From positions 1 through 64,000 of the IMG/VR virus record IMGVR_UViG_3300049893_000724: DNA of 64,000 nt; one strand, given 5' to 3'. A program made the position numbers and the translations under genes. This DNA is from a virus. Positions 18,938 through 28,695 of the stretch are shown here, piece after piece (the first letter of the stretch is position 1; every line of letters starts with the position of its first letter). The notes beneath the pieces are model-generated. The model ran no database searches, was not told the origin of the DNA, and was given only the letters and a program-made list of their open reading frames with translations.

Positions 18938-21754
18938 TTAACCTCTATTATAAAGGCCATCAAATGTTTCACCATCACTATAAGAAGATCCAAAGGAATC
19001 CCCACCCATAGGTATGGGCATCATTACAGGAACAACTTCTGGTTCTGGTTGTTCAACGACTACTTCTATTCCTGATCCAAACTCATAAGAAGCATAATTT
19101 CTTAAAACTTGAATTGCTCCATCATAATTTGCTTTGTTTAATGCGCCTAAAAATCCTGGGAAGTTTTGCTCTAATGCTGCTGTTGAGTCAGCATCAATAA
19201 CAAACTCCGGTCCTTTTTCACCAATGATTGCTCTTGTAAATCCTCTGACCAGACCTCCCTTTGCTAAAGCTACATGAACGTGATGATAGTGATTTGCATT
19301 TACAGATGATCCCCAATAATCTAACCCAACTTTTTTACCATTTGCAATACCAAATCCAAGAGGTGTGTATATTAGTTGAGTTAATGATGATCCATAATTT
19401 TCAACTAAGTATTTTGCAAATGCTAATTGTTGTGGGGTTCCTCTACCAACACCATCATTTGAATAATCTCTTGCTCTATTTTTCCCATGATATCCACTAT
19501 CTCCTGGACGATAATCACTAGTCAATTGAAGACCAAATTTTTGGGCGATAGAATTAAACTGATCAACTGCACCAACTTTGCCAGCACCAAGAGGTCCGAC
19601 CATTCCAGGACCAGGACCAGTGGTTGACGCTGTTGCTCCAAAATTAGGAACTGAACCTATTTTATTTGCTTGGTAATTATTATACCAACCAAAATAATTA
19701 TCACCAGACTTTCGTTGAATTCCTCCCGAAACACTATATCCTCTAAAATCAGTTCTCCCTTGAACAAACTCTCTTGCATTTTTTTGAAGTGTTGGATCTA
19801 AAAGTGCTGCTGCAACTTTCTTCATCGCATCTTCCGATTGACCAGCAGCCGCTCCAGCACTAGCAGCATCTTTAATTTGATACCACTCTGGATTTGGTTT
19901 ACCAGTTACTCCAGATTTTGGATATCTCCAAGTTGGTTCATACTGCATCTGTCCAACAATAAGATCTTTAATTGTTTTTCCAGAATAAGCACCAGATGCA
20001 AGTCTATTATAAATTGATTGCGCTACGTCAGCCCATGCTTGAGGTTCTCCATCCTCCCTCGAAGCAACAGCGACTAACGTCCAAAAATCAGCATCACCAC
20101 CTTGAATATTGATTGTATCCATTGCATCAGGAGCAGCAGGTCCTGGAACTCCTGCAGGTCTACTTGATGGTTTTAACATCATCTCTCGCATCAAATCATT
20201 AATTACATCATCAAGTTTTGTAGAAATACTCTCCTCCACAGACTTTGCAATGACCTTTGTTAAATCTTCACCTGCCATAAACATTTCAGCATTCACCTCT
20301 CCACCACCTGCAAATGCTCCACCAGTTCTTAATACTTCTCCACTGAAAGTATTATTCATCCAAGAGTTTAACCCCTTTCCAATATTATCATAGTCAAGTG
20401 AAGATGGTTTATCACCTAGGAGTATCTTAGTCGCAACACCAAAAATTGGTCCAAAGAAAGGAATATCGGTGGACTTTTCATAAAACTTTTCAGTATATCT
20501 AAGTGGACTTACAGTGTCTGGTTTATCTGACTTAGGAAATACCTTTTGAATTTCTTTATCACCACCAACAGATGAACCTGGTTTTAGTTTTGGTGGAATG
20601 ATACTAACTTCTCTCTTAGGAGCATCTTTTTTAATTTCTCTTTTTGCAGGACCACCAACAAACTTTCCACCTCTTGTTACAGAACCACCTTGAGCACGTC
20701 CTTGAACTTTTGTTTTCTGTGGTTCTTTCTGCCCAAAGAATAAATCATACAACGAACCACCAATCCAGTCACCTGCAAGTCCACCAAGTATTCCTCCAGC
20801 AATAGATGCTGGTCCACCTATAGCACCAACGGCAGCACCAATAGAACCAAGAAGACCTGCACCAACTGCTTTAAATGCTGCTCTTCCTGGGTTTTCTCCT
20901 AGTGCAACAGAAAGACCAAAATCAATCAGTGCTCCAATAATTGGAAGTCTTTTTAGAAAAGGTCTTACAAATTTTAGAACTAACTTTGATCCACCTCTAC
21001 CAAAAGTTCTTAAAGCAAGTCTAGTTCCAGCTCTTCCCAGTCCTCTTTTTCCAACATCAGCAGATATTTTTCTACCTGATTTTTTAACATCAGGTCCAAA
21101 ATCATCACTACCCAATTCACTAAAAGCAATTGCAGCAATGATACTTGCTTCTATCACCTTATCCATTGCACCTATAAATCCATCAAAAACCTTAGTGAAG
21201 TTTTCTCCACCAAGTCCTTTCAAGAACGCTTTTGTACCATCATATGCTTTATAACCCCAATCAACAAATGTGACTAAACCATTTAAAAGTTTTCCACCCC
21301 AATCAGTCACAAAGTCTAATGCTTGTCCTGCTAACTTTGCAACTCCCATTAATTTAGGAAGGTGTGGTATTAAGCGATAGACAACAAAACCTAAAAGAAC
21401 ATTGAACAAAAACTTTTTGATACGATCAAGAAAACTTAACCTTGGTGCAGCAGGAAGTTTTACCTTATCTATACCCTCATCTTTTGGTTTTTCAAGTTTC
21501 TCTTCTTTTCCTGCAAATCTTTTCTTTTCAGATTCTTTTCTTTTTCTTTCTTCTTCTTTTGCTTTTAGTAAAGTATTAGTTGCAATCAGGTCTTTAATTT
21601 TTATGACTTGTTTTTTGATGACAAGAACATCAGATTGAGGTCCATCTTTTTTTAAAGAAGACACATCAATCTTTTTTGGTTTGATTGCAAGACTTGATTT
21701 ATTAAAAAGTTTAATCGCGCTAATTTTTGCGGGTGGGAGTGCTTTAGGTTCCAT
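18938..21754 (-). CDS. Tape-measure/hub-like virion protein with SleB-like hydrolase and M15-like peptidase domains
   Basis: Helical Gly/Ala-rich N-half; LVAVASREDG..AWADVAQSIYNR...QYEP; TSDYRPGDSGYHGKNRARD...HYHHVHVA. Confidence 0.65.
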   Translation of the reverse strand: MEPKALPPAKISAIKLFNKSSLAIKPKKIDVSSLKKDGPQSDVLVIKKQVIKIKDLIATNTLLKAKEEERKRKESEKKRFAGKEEKLEKPKDEGIDKVKLPAAPRLSFLDRIKKFLFNVLLGFVVYRLIPHLPKLMGVAKLAGQALDFVTDWGGKLLNGLVTFVDWGYKAYDGTKAFLKGLGGENFTKVFDGFIGAMDKVIEASIIAAIAFSELGSDDFGPDVKKSGRKISADVGKRGLGRAGTRLALRTFGRGGSKLVLKFVRPFLKRLPIIGALIDFGLSVALGENPGRAAFKAVGAGLLGSIGAAVGAIGGPASIAGGILGGLAGDWIGGSLYDLFFGQKEPQKTKVQGRAQGGSVTRGGKFVGGPAKREIKKDAPKREVSIIPPKLKPGSSVGGDKEIQKVFPKSDKPDTVSPLRYTEKFYEKSTDIPFFGPIFGVATKILLGDKPSSLDYDNIGKGLNSWMNNTFSGEVLRTGGAFAGGGEVNAEMFMAGEDLTKVIAKSVEESISTKLDDVINDLMREMMLKPSSRPAGVPGPAAPDAMDTINIQGGDADFWTLVAVASREDGEPQAWADVAQSIYNRLASGAYSGKTIKDLIVGQMQYEPTWRYPKSGVTGKPNPEWYQIKDAASAGAAAGQSEDAMKKVAAALLDPTLQKNAREFVQGRTDFRGYSVSGGIQRKSGDNYFGWYNNYQANKIGSVPNFGATASTTGPGPGMVGPLGAGKVGAVDQFNSIAQKFGLQLTSDYRPGDSGYHGKNRARDYSNDGVGRGTPQQLAFAKYLVENYGSSLTQLIYTPLGFGIANGKKVGLDYWGSSVNANHYHHVHVALAKGGLVRGFTRAIIGEKGPEFVIDADSTAALEQNFPGFLGALNKANYDGAIQVLRNYASYEFGSGIEVVVEQPEPEVVPVMMPIPMGGDSFGSSYSDGETFDGLYNRG

Positions 21755-21757
21755 ACG

Positions 21758-23983
21758 TTAGAAGATACCCAATATCTTTTTCTTCTTAGTTCTTTCTGGA
21801 CTTGGACAGGTTGCTCCAAAAATTGGTGCCTTTGGAACTCCACCTGTTGACTTCATAGCACCTGCCTTACCAGAACCAACAGGATTAGATCTTACAATCA
21901 CTGGTGGTTTTGATGGTGGAATTGGTGTTGATAATTTTGGTCTAGTTGAAGACAGTTTTATAACATTCATTGCAGTGTTATTAGTTTGATTAAGACCTGC
22001 AAGACCTCCACTTCCAAATTTTGGGGGACTAAATCCAAAAGAACCGTCAGACATCATAGAAGGTTTCTCTAACCCTTTACTTCCACCCTCCAAATACTTT
22101 GCACGATAATCTCTGATGGTTGTATCGGCATCTCTTAACTTCATTGCGTGTTCAGATTCTGCAGGAGATGCTCCACGACTTTCATAATATCCAGGACCAT
22201 ACGTTGAAGTTAATGCAACTGCATCACGATACGCTGCAGTCTCCGCCTCAGTGGGGATGGGAGGAACATCTGGAGTTACTTGCTGACCAGACGGAGTTGC
22301 TTGCTGTCCTGATTTATTTGGTGTTGGTTCTATTTCTGGAGTAGTTACTTTTGGCTTTGCCTGCGGAGAACCTAGATAAAAACTATTCAAATTAGCAACA
22401 AGACTTCCAGTTAATCCCTTTTTAACTTTTGGTGTTTGGTTTTCTGGTGGTGAAGCATAAGGAATTCTTGGTTCAGATGATGAAGTTAATTTATCCAATG
22501 AACTCGTTAGATTATTCAGTGCAGTTTGAACAGCAACTTCCGCAGCGGTTGGTTCATATGTTGATCCATAACCAAGAGTAGCACTAGCACTTCCTTGAGT
22601 TGTTTTACTTCCACCAGTGATATCTACTCCTATCCATCGTGTTTGACCAGTTCCAGGAGCTCCACCAAACGTTGTTCCTACCTTTAACATTCCTCCGCTG
22701 ACTGGGCCATCGCCAATTAGTCCACCACCTGCAGCATAAGTAGTCCCACTAATCATTCTTGGTCTGTTTGTTCCGCCGCCAGCAGCGTTCATTGACTCAA
22801 GTGTATCAACTCCATACTTTTGTACTGCTCCACGAGACATAACAAATTCACCATCACTTAACATCGCAGGAATTTTATCAACTCCTTTCTGCCCACTTAC
22901 ATATCCAGGTCCACCACCAAAAAATCCAAATAACTTTTTAAAATTTGCTAGTCCTCCACCAAAAAATCCAGGTGTCTTTGGTTCTTTCTCTTCTCCGCCA
23001 ATACCACCAAAGTTTTCAATACCACTACTTAAAGCCATGGTGGTGCCTACAGTTGCAGCGACTTGCAACCCAGCACCCAATAATTTTCCACCTCTGCCAC
23101 CTAAAAATCTAGCGACTCCTTTTGCACCAACTAATCTTGCAGCAAGTTGCACAAGTCTTAATGTACCTGCAATTACAAGTTTAGAAAGACCACCAACAAA
23201 TTTGCCAAACTGTGTTCCAAATCTTAGATAAAGTGCTAAAAGTTTTGGCCAATTATCTCCAAAAAATCTACCAATAACTTCTAGTTTTCTTTTATTTTCT
23301 GGATTACCAAACCATTCTAAAAGTAAAAATATAGATCTACCAATAAAGATAGCAGTAAAGTAATCAATAATTTTTTTCAGTAATGATTTAACTGGTGATA
23401 AGATTTTTTCTGCTACTTTAATTGCTGCCTTAAAACCACTTTCAAGTTTTGATTCTTGTAATGCTCTCTTTGCGTCCTCTGCTTCTTTTCTGGATTTTTC
23501 GTTCGCTTTCTTTTGATTTGTATTCTGTTGAGTTAGACTTTTAATAATTTCACCTAACAATCCAATAATTTCTTGGATGTCACTTTTCCCAGTCATCTTT
23601 TCAGTCGCTGGTGGAAGTGCTAACTGTTTAATTCCTGGGAGTAAGTTTTGTTTTTTTAGGTTAATACCAACCGCAGTTCCTTTTTTAAAACTTGCTGCTG
23701 TAATCTTTTTAACTTTAAATCTACCTTTCTTACCCTTTATTCTTTTCCATTCATTAGTAATCAATTCAACTTCTTCTGTTGCAACTCTCTGCTTGGTCAT
23801 TCTAGCAGCAGCCATTCTTTCTCTCAGAAGAGAAGAATAAGTATCATAGTCAATATCAAAAACATCCTCAAGACCAATCATCCTGAGAATTCTTTCATCA
23901 ATTTTTTCATTAACTAAAGCAGTCCCATTCTTTGCCTTTGATGGCATCAGTGCTGGTAAGGTTTTAGAAGAATTGGGTGCCAT
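21758..23983 (-). CDS. Tape-measure/hub-like virion protein (gp29-like position)
   Basis: Coiled-coil and helical N-half; GQKGVDKIPAMLSDGEFVM motif of tail tape proteins; follows gp51. Confidence 0.55.
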   Translation of the reverse strand: MAPNSSKTLPALMPSKAKNGTALVNEKIDERILRMIGLEDVFDIDYDTYSSLLRERMAAARMTKQRVATEEVELITNEWKRIKGKKGRFKVKKITAASFKKGTAVGINLKKQNLLPGIKQLALPPATEKMTGKSDIQEIIGLLGEIIKSLTQQNTNQKKANEKSRKEAEDAKRALQESKLESGFKAAIKVAEKILSPVKSLLKKIIDYFTAIFIGRSIFLLLEWFGNPENKRKLEVIGRFFGDNWPKLLALYLRFGTQFGKFVGGLSKLVIAGTLRLVQLAARLVGAKGVARFLGGRGGKLLGAGLQVAATVGTTMALSSGIENFGGIGGEEKEPKTPGFFGGGLANFKKLFGFFGGGPGYVSGQKGVDKIPAMLSDGEFVMSRGAVQKYGVDTLESMNAAGGGTNRPRMISGTTYAAGGGLIGDGPVSGGMLKVGTTFGGAPGTGQTRWIGVDITGGSKTTQGSASATLGYGSTYEPTAAEVAVQTALNNLTSSLDKLTSSSEPRIPYASPPENQTPKVKKGLTGSLVANLNSFYLGSPQAKPKVTTPEIEPTPNKSGQQATPSGQQVTPDVPPIPTEAETAAYRDAVALTSTYGPGYYESRGASPAESEHAMKLRDADTTIRDYRAKYLEGGSKGLEKPSMMSDGSFGFSPPKFGSGGLAGLNQTNNTAMNVIKLSSTRPKLSTPIPPSKPPVIVRSNPVGSGKAGAMKSTGGVPKAPIFGATCPSPERTKKKKILGIF

Positions 23984-24143
23984 TTAATTGTTGTTGTTTC
24001 GTTTTCTCTTCTTCTAGATGCTGCTTTAAAAGTTCAACATAGATATCGCGTTCCCACGGTATCATATTTTCAATCTCCGTTAATGAGTATTTATGGTACT
24101 GCATCAAGGAAAAGTTAAGACGAAAATAACTTTCTAGGTCCAT
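23964..24143 (-). CDS. gp51: Baseplate hub assembly catalyst gp51 (59 aa)
   Basis: Manually translated MDLESYFRLNFSLMQYHKYSLTEIENMIPWERDIYVELLKQHLEEEK; follows gp26. Confidence 0.85.
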   Translation of the reverse strand: MDLESYFRLNFSLMQYHKYSLTEIENMIPWERDIYVELLKQHLEEEKTKQQQLNGTQFF

Positions 24144-24154
24144 ATGGACCAGTG

Positions 24155-24874
24155 CTATGCGAAAAAAGATGCTAACCCTTCTAGTACTACTTCACTTTCT
24201 ACCTGAGTTTTTGGATTAGTAACCTTAACTTTATGAGAAAGTTTAGGCATTGTTTCAAAGAACTTCTCAATTTCTTTAAACTGAGATGAATTCATTTGTT
24301 CTAAAAACTCATTCAGTTCTTTTTTAGTCACATCTGAAGTAGACCAAACTTCATCCTCAGTATAAATTTTATCGATACAAGAAGCAATCAATTCAAATGA
24401 TTGATCCATTGCATTTGCATCAGTGAAATCAAAATTGTTTTTAATAAACTGTTCAAGTGATGGATACTTCATTTCCATCATAATATTTTTATCTACTTTA
24501 ATTTTATTTGTATGGTCTTCATTCTTTTGAACTTTGATTGAATCTAAATCAATTTTTACTGTTGTTGTAGTTTGTTCATCATCTGGACAGATTACATTAA
24601 CTTCAATTTCTTCACCAACAGACTTACCACGAATATTCAAAAACAAATATTCAATATCAAAGGTAGGAAGTGTTTCTACCTTAACTCCCTTTGTCAAAAT
24701 ACAATTCTTGATAACTGTTTTGATTGCATTAGTAATTTGCTTCGTATCTTCACTCTCCAAAGCAATTACTAATACCTTTTCTTCTTTTACTAGAAACGGT
24801 CTATATTGAATTGTTTCTCCCGTTGATGGCAATTCAACTTCATAAGTTGGCGTACTAATCTTAGGTAAAGGCAT
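24155..24874 (-). CDS. gp26: Baseplate hub subunit gp26
   Basis: MPLPKISTPTYEVELPSTGETIQYRPFLVKEEKVL...FDIEYLFLNIRGKSVGE. Confidence 0.9.
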   Translation of the reverse strand: MPLPKISTPTYEVELPSTGETIQYRPFLVKEEKVLVIALESEDTKQITNAIKTVIKNCILTKGVKVETLPTFDIEYLFLNIRGKSVGEEIEVNVICPDDEQTTTTVKIDLDSIKVQKNEDHTNKIKVDKNIMMEMKYPSLEQFIKNNFDFTDANAMDQSFELIASCIDKIYTEDEVWSTSDVTKKELNEFLEQMNSSQFKEIEKFFETMPKLSHKVKVTNPKTQVESEVVLEGLASFFA

Positions 24875-24901
24875 AATGTCCTATAGAAATTTCAGTGTGA
24901 T

Positions 24902-24908
24902 TATTTAT
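24902..24908 (-). promoter_or_regulatory. T4-type late promoter (ATAAATA)
   Basis: ATAAATA about 28 nt upstream of gp26. Confidence 0.7.
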
Positions 24909-24911
24909 GGA

Positions 24912-25733
24912 TTAAAATCCAGGTCCCAAACGCCCGATAAGATTTCCACCTACTGATCCTCCACCAAGAGGATTGGTTGTTAGGTTCTGCCCCACTTGTC
25001 CACCTATTTCCCCAGTCCTATCAAAACCATATTTTGGATTTATAAAAGTATCAATTTCAGACTTTTGTTTTACATTAAACTCTCCACTAATTAGGTATCG
25101 AGTGTATGTAAATGATACTGTGCATTTTAGTAAAGATGATGAATCATAAGAAACTGGCATCGAAGATATTGATATTGGATATGCCTGCAAAAATCTATAT
25201 CTAGTATATCTTCCATCATAGTCTCTTTCAAATTTATTAATATAAATTTCTGTTCTATAAAGGTTTGGGTAATTCACTCTATATGAAAAATTATCTAACT
25301 CAAGTGCATTATTAGGTGTTCCATCATTATCGGTAAATTGTTCATTTACAATAAAACTAATCCAATTTTCAAAAAATTTAATAATATTATGATCATGGTC
25401 AACATAAAAAGTAAAGTCCGCACGATCATCATATATTCTTCTATATGCATGTCTCTCTGTTACTCCAGTAAAATCATTATTAATTTCGTGAGTTGCTAAT
25501 GAAGAACCAGGAAGAGATGCTTCAGAACAAAGTATTGAATAAAGTTCTTTACTATTATTATCATAAGGAATTCCAATACCAGCCTTACTTTTATCAATAA
25601 ACCATTTTCTTACTTTTTCATTATCATTTCCTGGAGGATTAAACCAACATTCAAAATGAGAAGTTAAGGCAGGTCGTAAAAGTGCTGCCTTAATTTTAGA
25701 AACATTTTTTCTAGATGGTGCTGGCGACGCCAT
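24912..25733 (-). CDS. Tail tube-like protein (gp19/gp54 family), probably baseplate tail-tube initiator
   Basis: LCSEASLPG...TFYVD...FFENW...AYPISISSMPVSYDSSSLLKCTVSFTY tube-protein fold motifs. Confidence 0.7.
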   Translation of the reverse strand: MASPAPSRKNVSKIKAALLRPALTSHFECWFNPPGNDNEKVRKWFIDKSKAGIGIPYDNNSKELYSILCSEASLPGSSLATHEINNDFTGVTERHAYRRIYDDRADFTFYVDHDHNIIKFFENWISFIVNEQFTDNDGTPNNALELDNFSYRVNYPNLYRTEIYINKFERDYDGRYTRYRFLQAYPISISSMPVSYDSSSLLKCTVSFTYTRYLISGEFNVKQKSEIDTFINPKYGFDRTGEIGGQVGQNLTTNPLGGGSVGGNLIGRLGPGF

Positions 25734-25734
25734 T

Positions 25735-25742
25735 TATAAATA
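25735..25742 (+). promoter_or_regulatory. T4 late promoter (TATAAATA)
   Basis: Exact TATAAATA 24 nt upstream of gp4. Confidence 0.75.
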
Positions 25743-25765
25743 TTTTTTGATCTTATATATTATGT

Positions 25766-26209
25766 ATGGCAGAAAGTATAAAAAGTAAGTACAAACCATC
25801 GTACCCCCAAAAATATAAAGGAGATCCAAATAATATTATTTGTAGGAGTAGTTGGGAAAGACGTTTCTGCCATTGGTGTGATTTAAATGAAAGTATTTTA
25901 GAGTGGGGTAGTGAAGAATTTTGGATTCCATATCGTTCTCCTATTGACAATCGTGTTCATCGGTACTTTCCAGATTTTATTATTAAAGTAAAAGAACAAT
26001 CTGGGCAGATTAAAACCTATGTGATTGAAGTGAAACCAAAGAAACAAACAGTACCCCCACAGAAAAAAAGTAGGGTTACTAAATCATATCTCTATGAATG
26101 CACGACTTATGCAGTGAACCAAGCAAAGTGGAAAGCAGCAAAAGAATTTTGTGATGATAGATTATTAGAGTTTAAAGTCATCACCGAAGAAGAACTAGGT
26201 ATTAAATAA
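25766..26209 (+). CDS. gp4: Head completion nuclease gp4
   Basis: KYKGDPNNIICRSSWERRFC..WGSEE..HRYFPDF..IEVKPKKQT..VNQAKWKAAKEFC. Confidence 0.92.
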   Translation: MAESIKSKYKPSYPQKYKGDPNNIICRSSWERRFCHWCDLNESILEWGSEEFWIPYRSPIDNRVHRYFPDFIIKVKEQSGQIKTYVIEVKPKKQTVPPQKKSRVTKSYLYECTTYAVNQAKWKAAKEFCDDRLLEFKVITEEELGIK

Positions 26210-26595
26210 TGGCACAAGGATTTGGTCAATATGTAGGAACAACGGCAAGAGTTAATAAACTTAAGCAAGAGGTCGCTAAAAGAGATTTAAAAGATCCAGA
26301 AGATATTATGCTTTTGATTATGGAACTCTTTACTGAAAAAACTTGGGTTCCTGAAGTTGGAAAGTTTTATACGTTTGTTTATAATCCTAAGACACCAGAT
26401 ATTGAATATGATCAACATCCATTGATTGCTTGCACAGAAATTCAAAGATGGGGATTTAAAGCAATCAATTTTCACTGGAGACAATCAAGAAATTATACTT
26501 GGGAAGAATTGGCAGGACAACTTCACGTCGTTAAGTATGAAGAACTTGATGAACTTCTATCTCTACAATATGCAAAATTCCGTCTAAATAAATAA
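26209..26595 (+). CDS. DNA end protector gp2-like protein
   Basis: GKFYTFVYNPKT...YDQHPLI...GFKAINFHW resembles the T4 gp2 core. Confidence 0.55.
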   Translation: MAQGFGQYVGTTARVNKLKQEVAKRDLKDPEDIMLLIMELFTEKTWVPEVGKFYTFVYNPKTPDIEYDQHPLIACTEIQRWGFKAINFHWRQSRNYTWEELAGQLHVVKYEELDELLSLQYAKFRLNK

Positions 26596-26666
26596 AAAAC
26601 CGCGTCAATGCCTAAAAGAATAAGACAACGTACCTTCATTTGTTCCTTTTATGAGGAGATTGTCTG

Positions 26667-28025
26667 ATGGCTACTGAAGGCATAGCTAGTGGTCCAATGC
26701 AAACTCCAGTTGGAACCGCTGGAACAAAATTAGAAACATATACAGAAACAAGATATAACATTGACTCTAATGGTAATATAGATCCAAAAAGTGTAAAAAC
26801 AGAAATACTGTACAATAATTCAACAATACCTGGAGTAAAAAATTGGGTTCCTGCTGCAGCATCTACTGATGGCGGAAAAACTTGGGACACAACTTCAAAA
26901 AGATATCAAAAACTTGATGGTACTCCCGTGTTTAGTCCAGAGGCACAAAAATCTTTAAAGGAAGGTGCTTTACGAACAACAACAAATCAACAAATACAAA
27001 TAGCGGCAACAAAAGCAAAACTAAAACCAGAGCAAACAAAAGTATTGTCTGATGCTGCTAAAAATAATGCATCAGATACAGAAAGAGAAGCGGCTAAAAA
27101 TAAAGCAACAATAGAAGAAGAGTTATCAGAAGAAAATGTTCGAGAAAGAAAAAAAGGGGAATATAAACAAGTAGTAAAATATCCAGAAAAACTAAACCTT
27201 GAATATCAAGATTGTATAAAATTTTCAATGTTAAAGTATCAACAATCAGGACTAAATGTAACTGTTTCTGATTTAAATAAAGTTAAAAGATCAGTTTTAG
27301 TTAATAAGGAAGGTATTCCCACTGTAGGTGGTAGAGTTCCCATTACAACGATTATTCTTCCAATACCTGGAGGAATTAGTGACTCAAACGGAGTTGACTG
27401 GCAGGGAAATGAATTAGATGAAATAACAAAAGCTTTTGCAGGTATAGCGCAAGGAACTATAACTGGAGGTGGGGAGGGACTACAAAAGAGCGCGACAGAG
27501 ACAAAAGATGCTGCACAACAAAATATCAGCGGTCTCCAACAAACCGTTGCATCAAAATTCGTACAGAGTGCAACTGGTGCTAGTGGAATAATGCAAAGAC
27601 AATATGGAGCAATCATAAATCCAAACATTGAATTGTTATTCAACGGTCCTCAACTCAGAACTTTTAGTTTTATTTTTAAATTATCACCAAGAAGTGCAAC
27701 AGAAGCAAAAGAAGTTCAAAGAATTATTCGATACTTCAAACAGGGAATGACACCTAAAAGATCTAAGGGATATTTGCTTCTACAATCTCCACACACTTTT
27801 GCCATATCATATCTCACATCTAATAAAGAACATCCATACTTAAATAGATTTAAAGAGTGTGCATTGACTCAGTGTAATGTAAATTACACTCCCGATGGAA
27901 ATTATATGTCCTTCAATGGAACTGAAAGATCAATGACTTCTTATGAATTAACTCTTCAGTTTCAAGAACTTGTTCCACTCTTTGATGATGATTATGGTAA
28001 TAAAGACGATAACATAGGTTTCTAA
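26667..28025 (+). CDS. gp48: Baseplate tail-tube cap gp48
   Basis: IINPNIELLFNGPQLRTFSFIFKLSPRSATEAKEVQRIIRYFK; ATAAATA at 26588-26594 upstream. Confidence 0.85.
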   Translation: MATEGIASGPMQTPVGTAGTKLETYTETRYNIDSNGNIDPKSVKTEILYNNSTIPGVKNWVPAAASTDGGKTWDTTSKRYQKLDGTPVFSPEAQKSLKEGALRTTTNQQIQIAATKAKLKPEQTKVLSDAAKNNASDTEREAAKNKATIEEELSEENVRERKKGEYKQVVKYPEKLNLEYQDCIKFSMLKYQQSGLNVTVSDLNKVKRSVLVNKEGIPTVGGRVPITTIILPIPGGISDSNGVDWQGNELDEITKAFAGIAQGTITGGGEGLQKSATETKDAAQQNISGLQQTVASKFVQSATGASGIMQRQYGAIINPNIELLFNGPQLRTFSFIFKLSPRSATEAKEVQRIIRYFKQGMTPKRSKGYLLLQSPHTFAISYLTSNKEHPYLNRFKECALTQCNVNYTPDGNYMSFNGTERSMTSYELTLQFQELVPLFDDDYGNKDDNIGF

Positions 28026-28026
28026 A

Positions 28027-28695
28027 ATGCCAAGTTACTTCCGCCAAGTTCCAAACTTTGATTACGTTAGCAGATTACCTGACGCTAAAATATCTGATTA
28101 TGCCCCGGTAAAAAATCTATTCAAAAAAGGAAAACTTAGAGAAGACATCTTTCAAGATTTATCATTCTTCACTAAGTATAAGATCAATGGCGATGATCGT
28201 CCAGATAATGTTGCGTTTGAAATCTATGATGATTCTTCTTTAGATTGGTTAGTTCTTATTTGTAATAATATTGTCAATATCCAAACTGAGTGGCCAATGA
28301 CTCAAGTCGCATTTGATGAATATCTGTTATCAAAATACGGAACTTATGAAACTCTTTATAGTGGCATTCATCATTACGAAACAAGTGAAGTGGTTAATAG
28401 TCAAGGTGTCGTAATTGTTCCTGCGGGTCTTGAAGTTTCTTCTCCATATTCTATAAGTTTTTATGATTACTTTACAGACGGACAAATTAATACTGGAAAT
28501 ATAGCAGTTCCTGTTACAAATTATGAGTATGAAGAAAAGAAAGAAAATGATAAGAGAAACATCTATCTTTTAAAATCACAATACTTAAATATTGTTTTAA
28601 ATGATATGAATGAAATTATGCCCTACAAAAAAGGGTCCTCACAGTATGTTAGTGAGGACCTCAAGAGGGGGGACAATATTAGACTTTATTCTTAA
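28027..28695 (+). CDS. gp53: Baseplate wedge subunit gp53
   Basis: MPSYFRQVPNFDY...DDRPDNVAFEIYDDSSLDWLVLICNNI...WP...HHYET. Confidence 0.9.
   Translation: MPSYFRQVPNFDYVSRLPDAKISDYAPVKNLFKKGKLREDIFQDLSFFTKYKINGDDRPDNVAFEIYDDSSLDWLVLICNNIVNIQTEWPMTQVAFDEYLLSKYGTYETLYSGIHHYETSEVVNSQGVVIVPAGLEVSSPYSISFYDYFTDGQINTGNIAVPVTNYEYEEKKENDKRNIYLLKSQYLNIVLNDMNEIMPYKKGSSQYVSEDLKRGDNIRLYS
28627..28660 (-). terminator. Rho-independent terminator for gp32, inside the 3' end of gp53
   Basis: 9-bp stem GGUCCUCAC/GUGAGGACC followed by CUUUUUU on minus strand. Confidence 0.65.

Noticed and set aside
25753-25950. 65-aa minus-strand ORF
   Set aside because: Antisense to gp4
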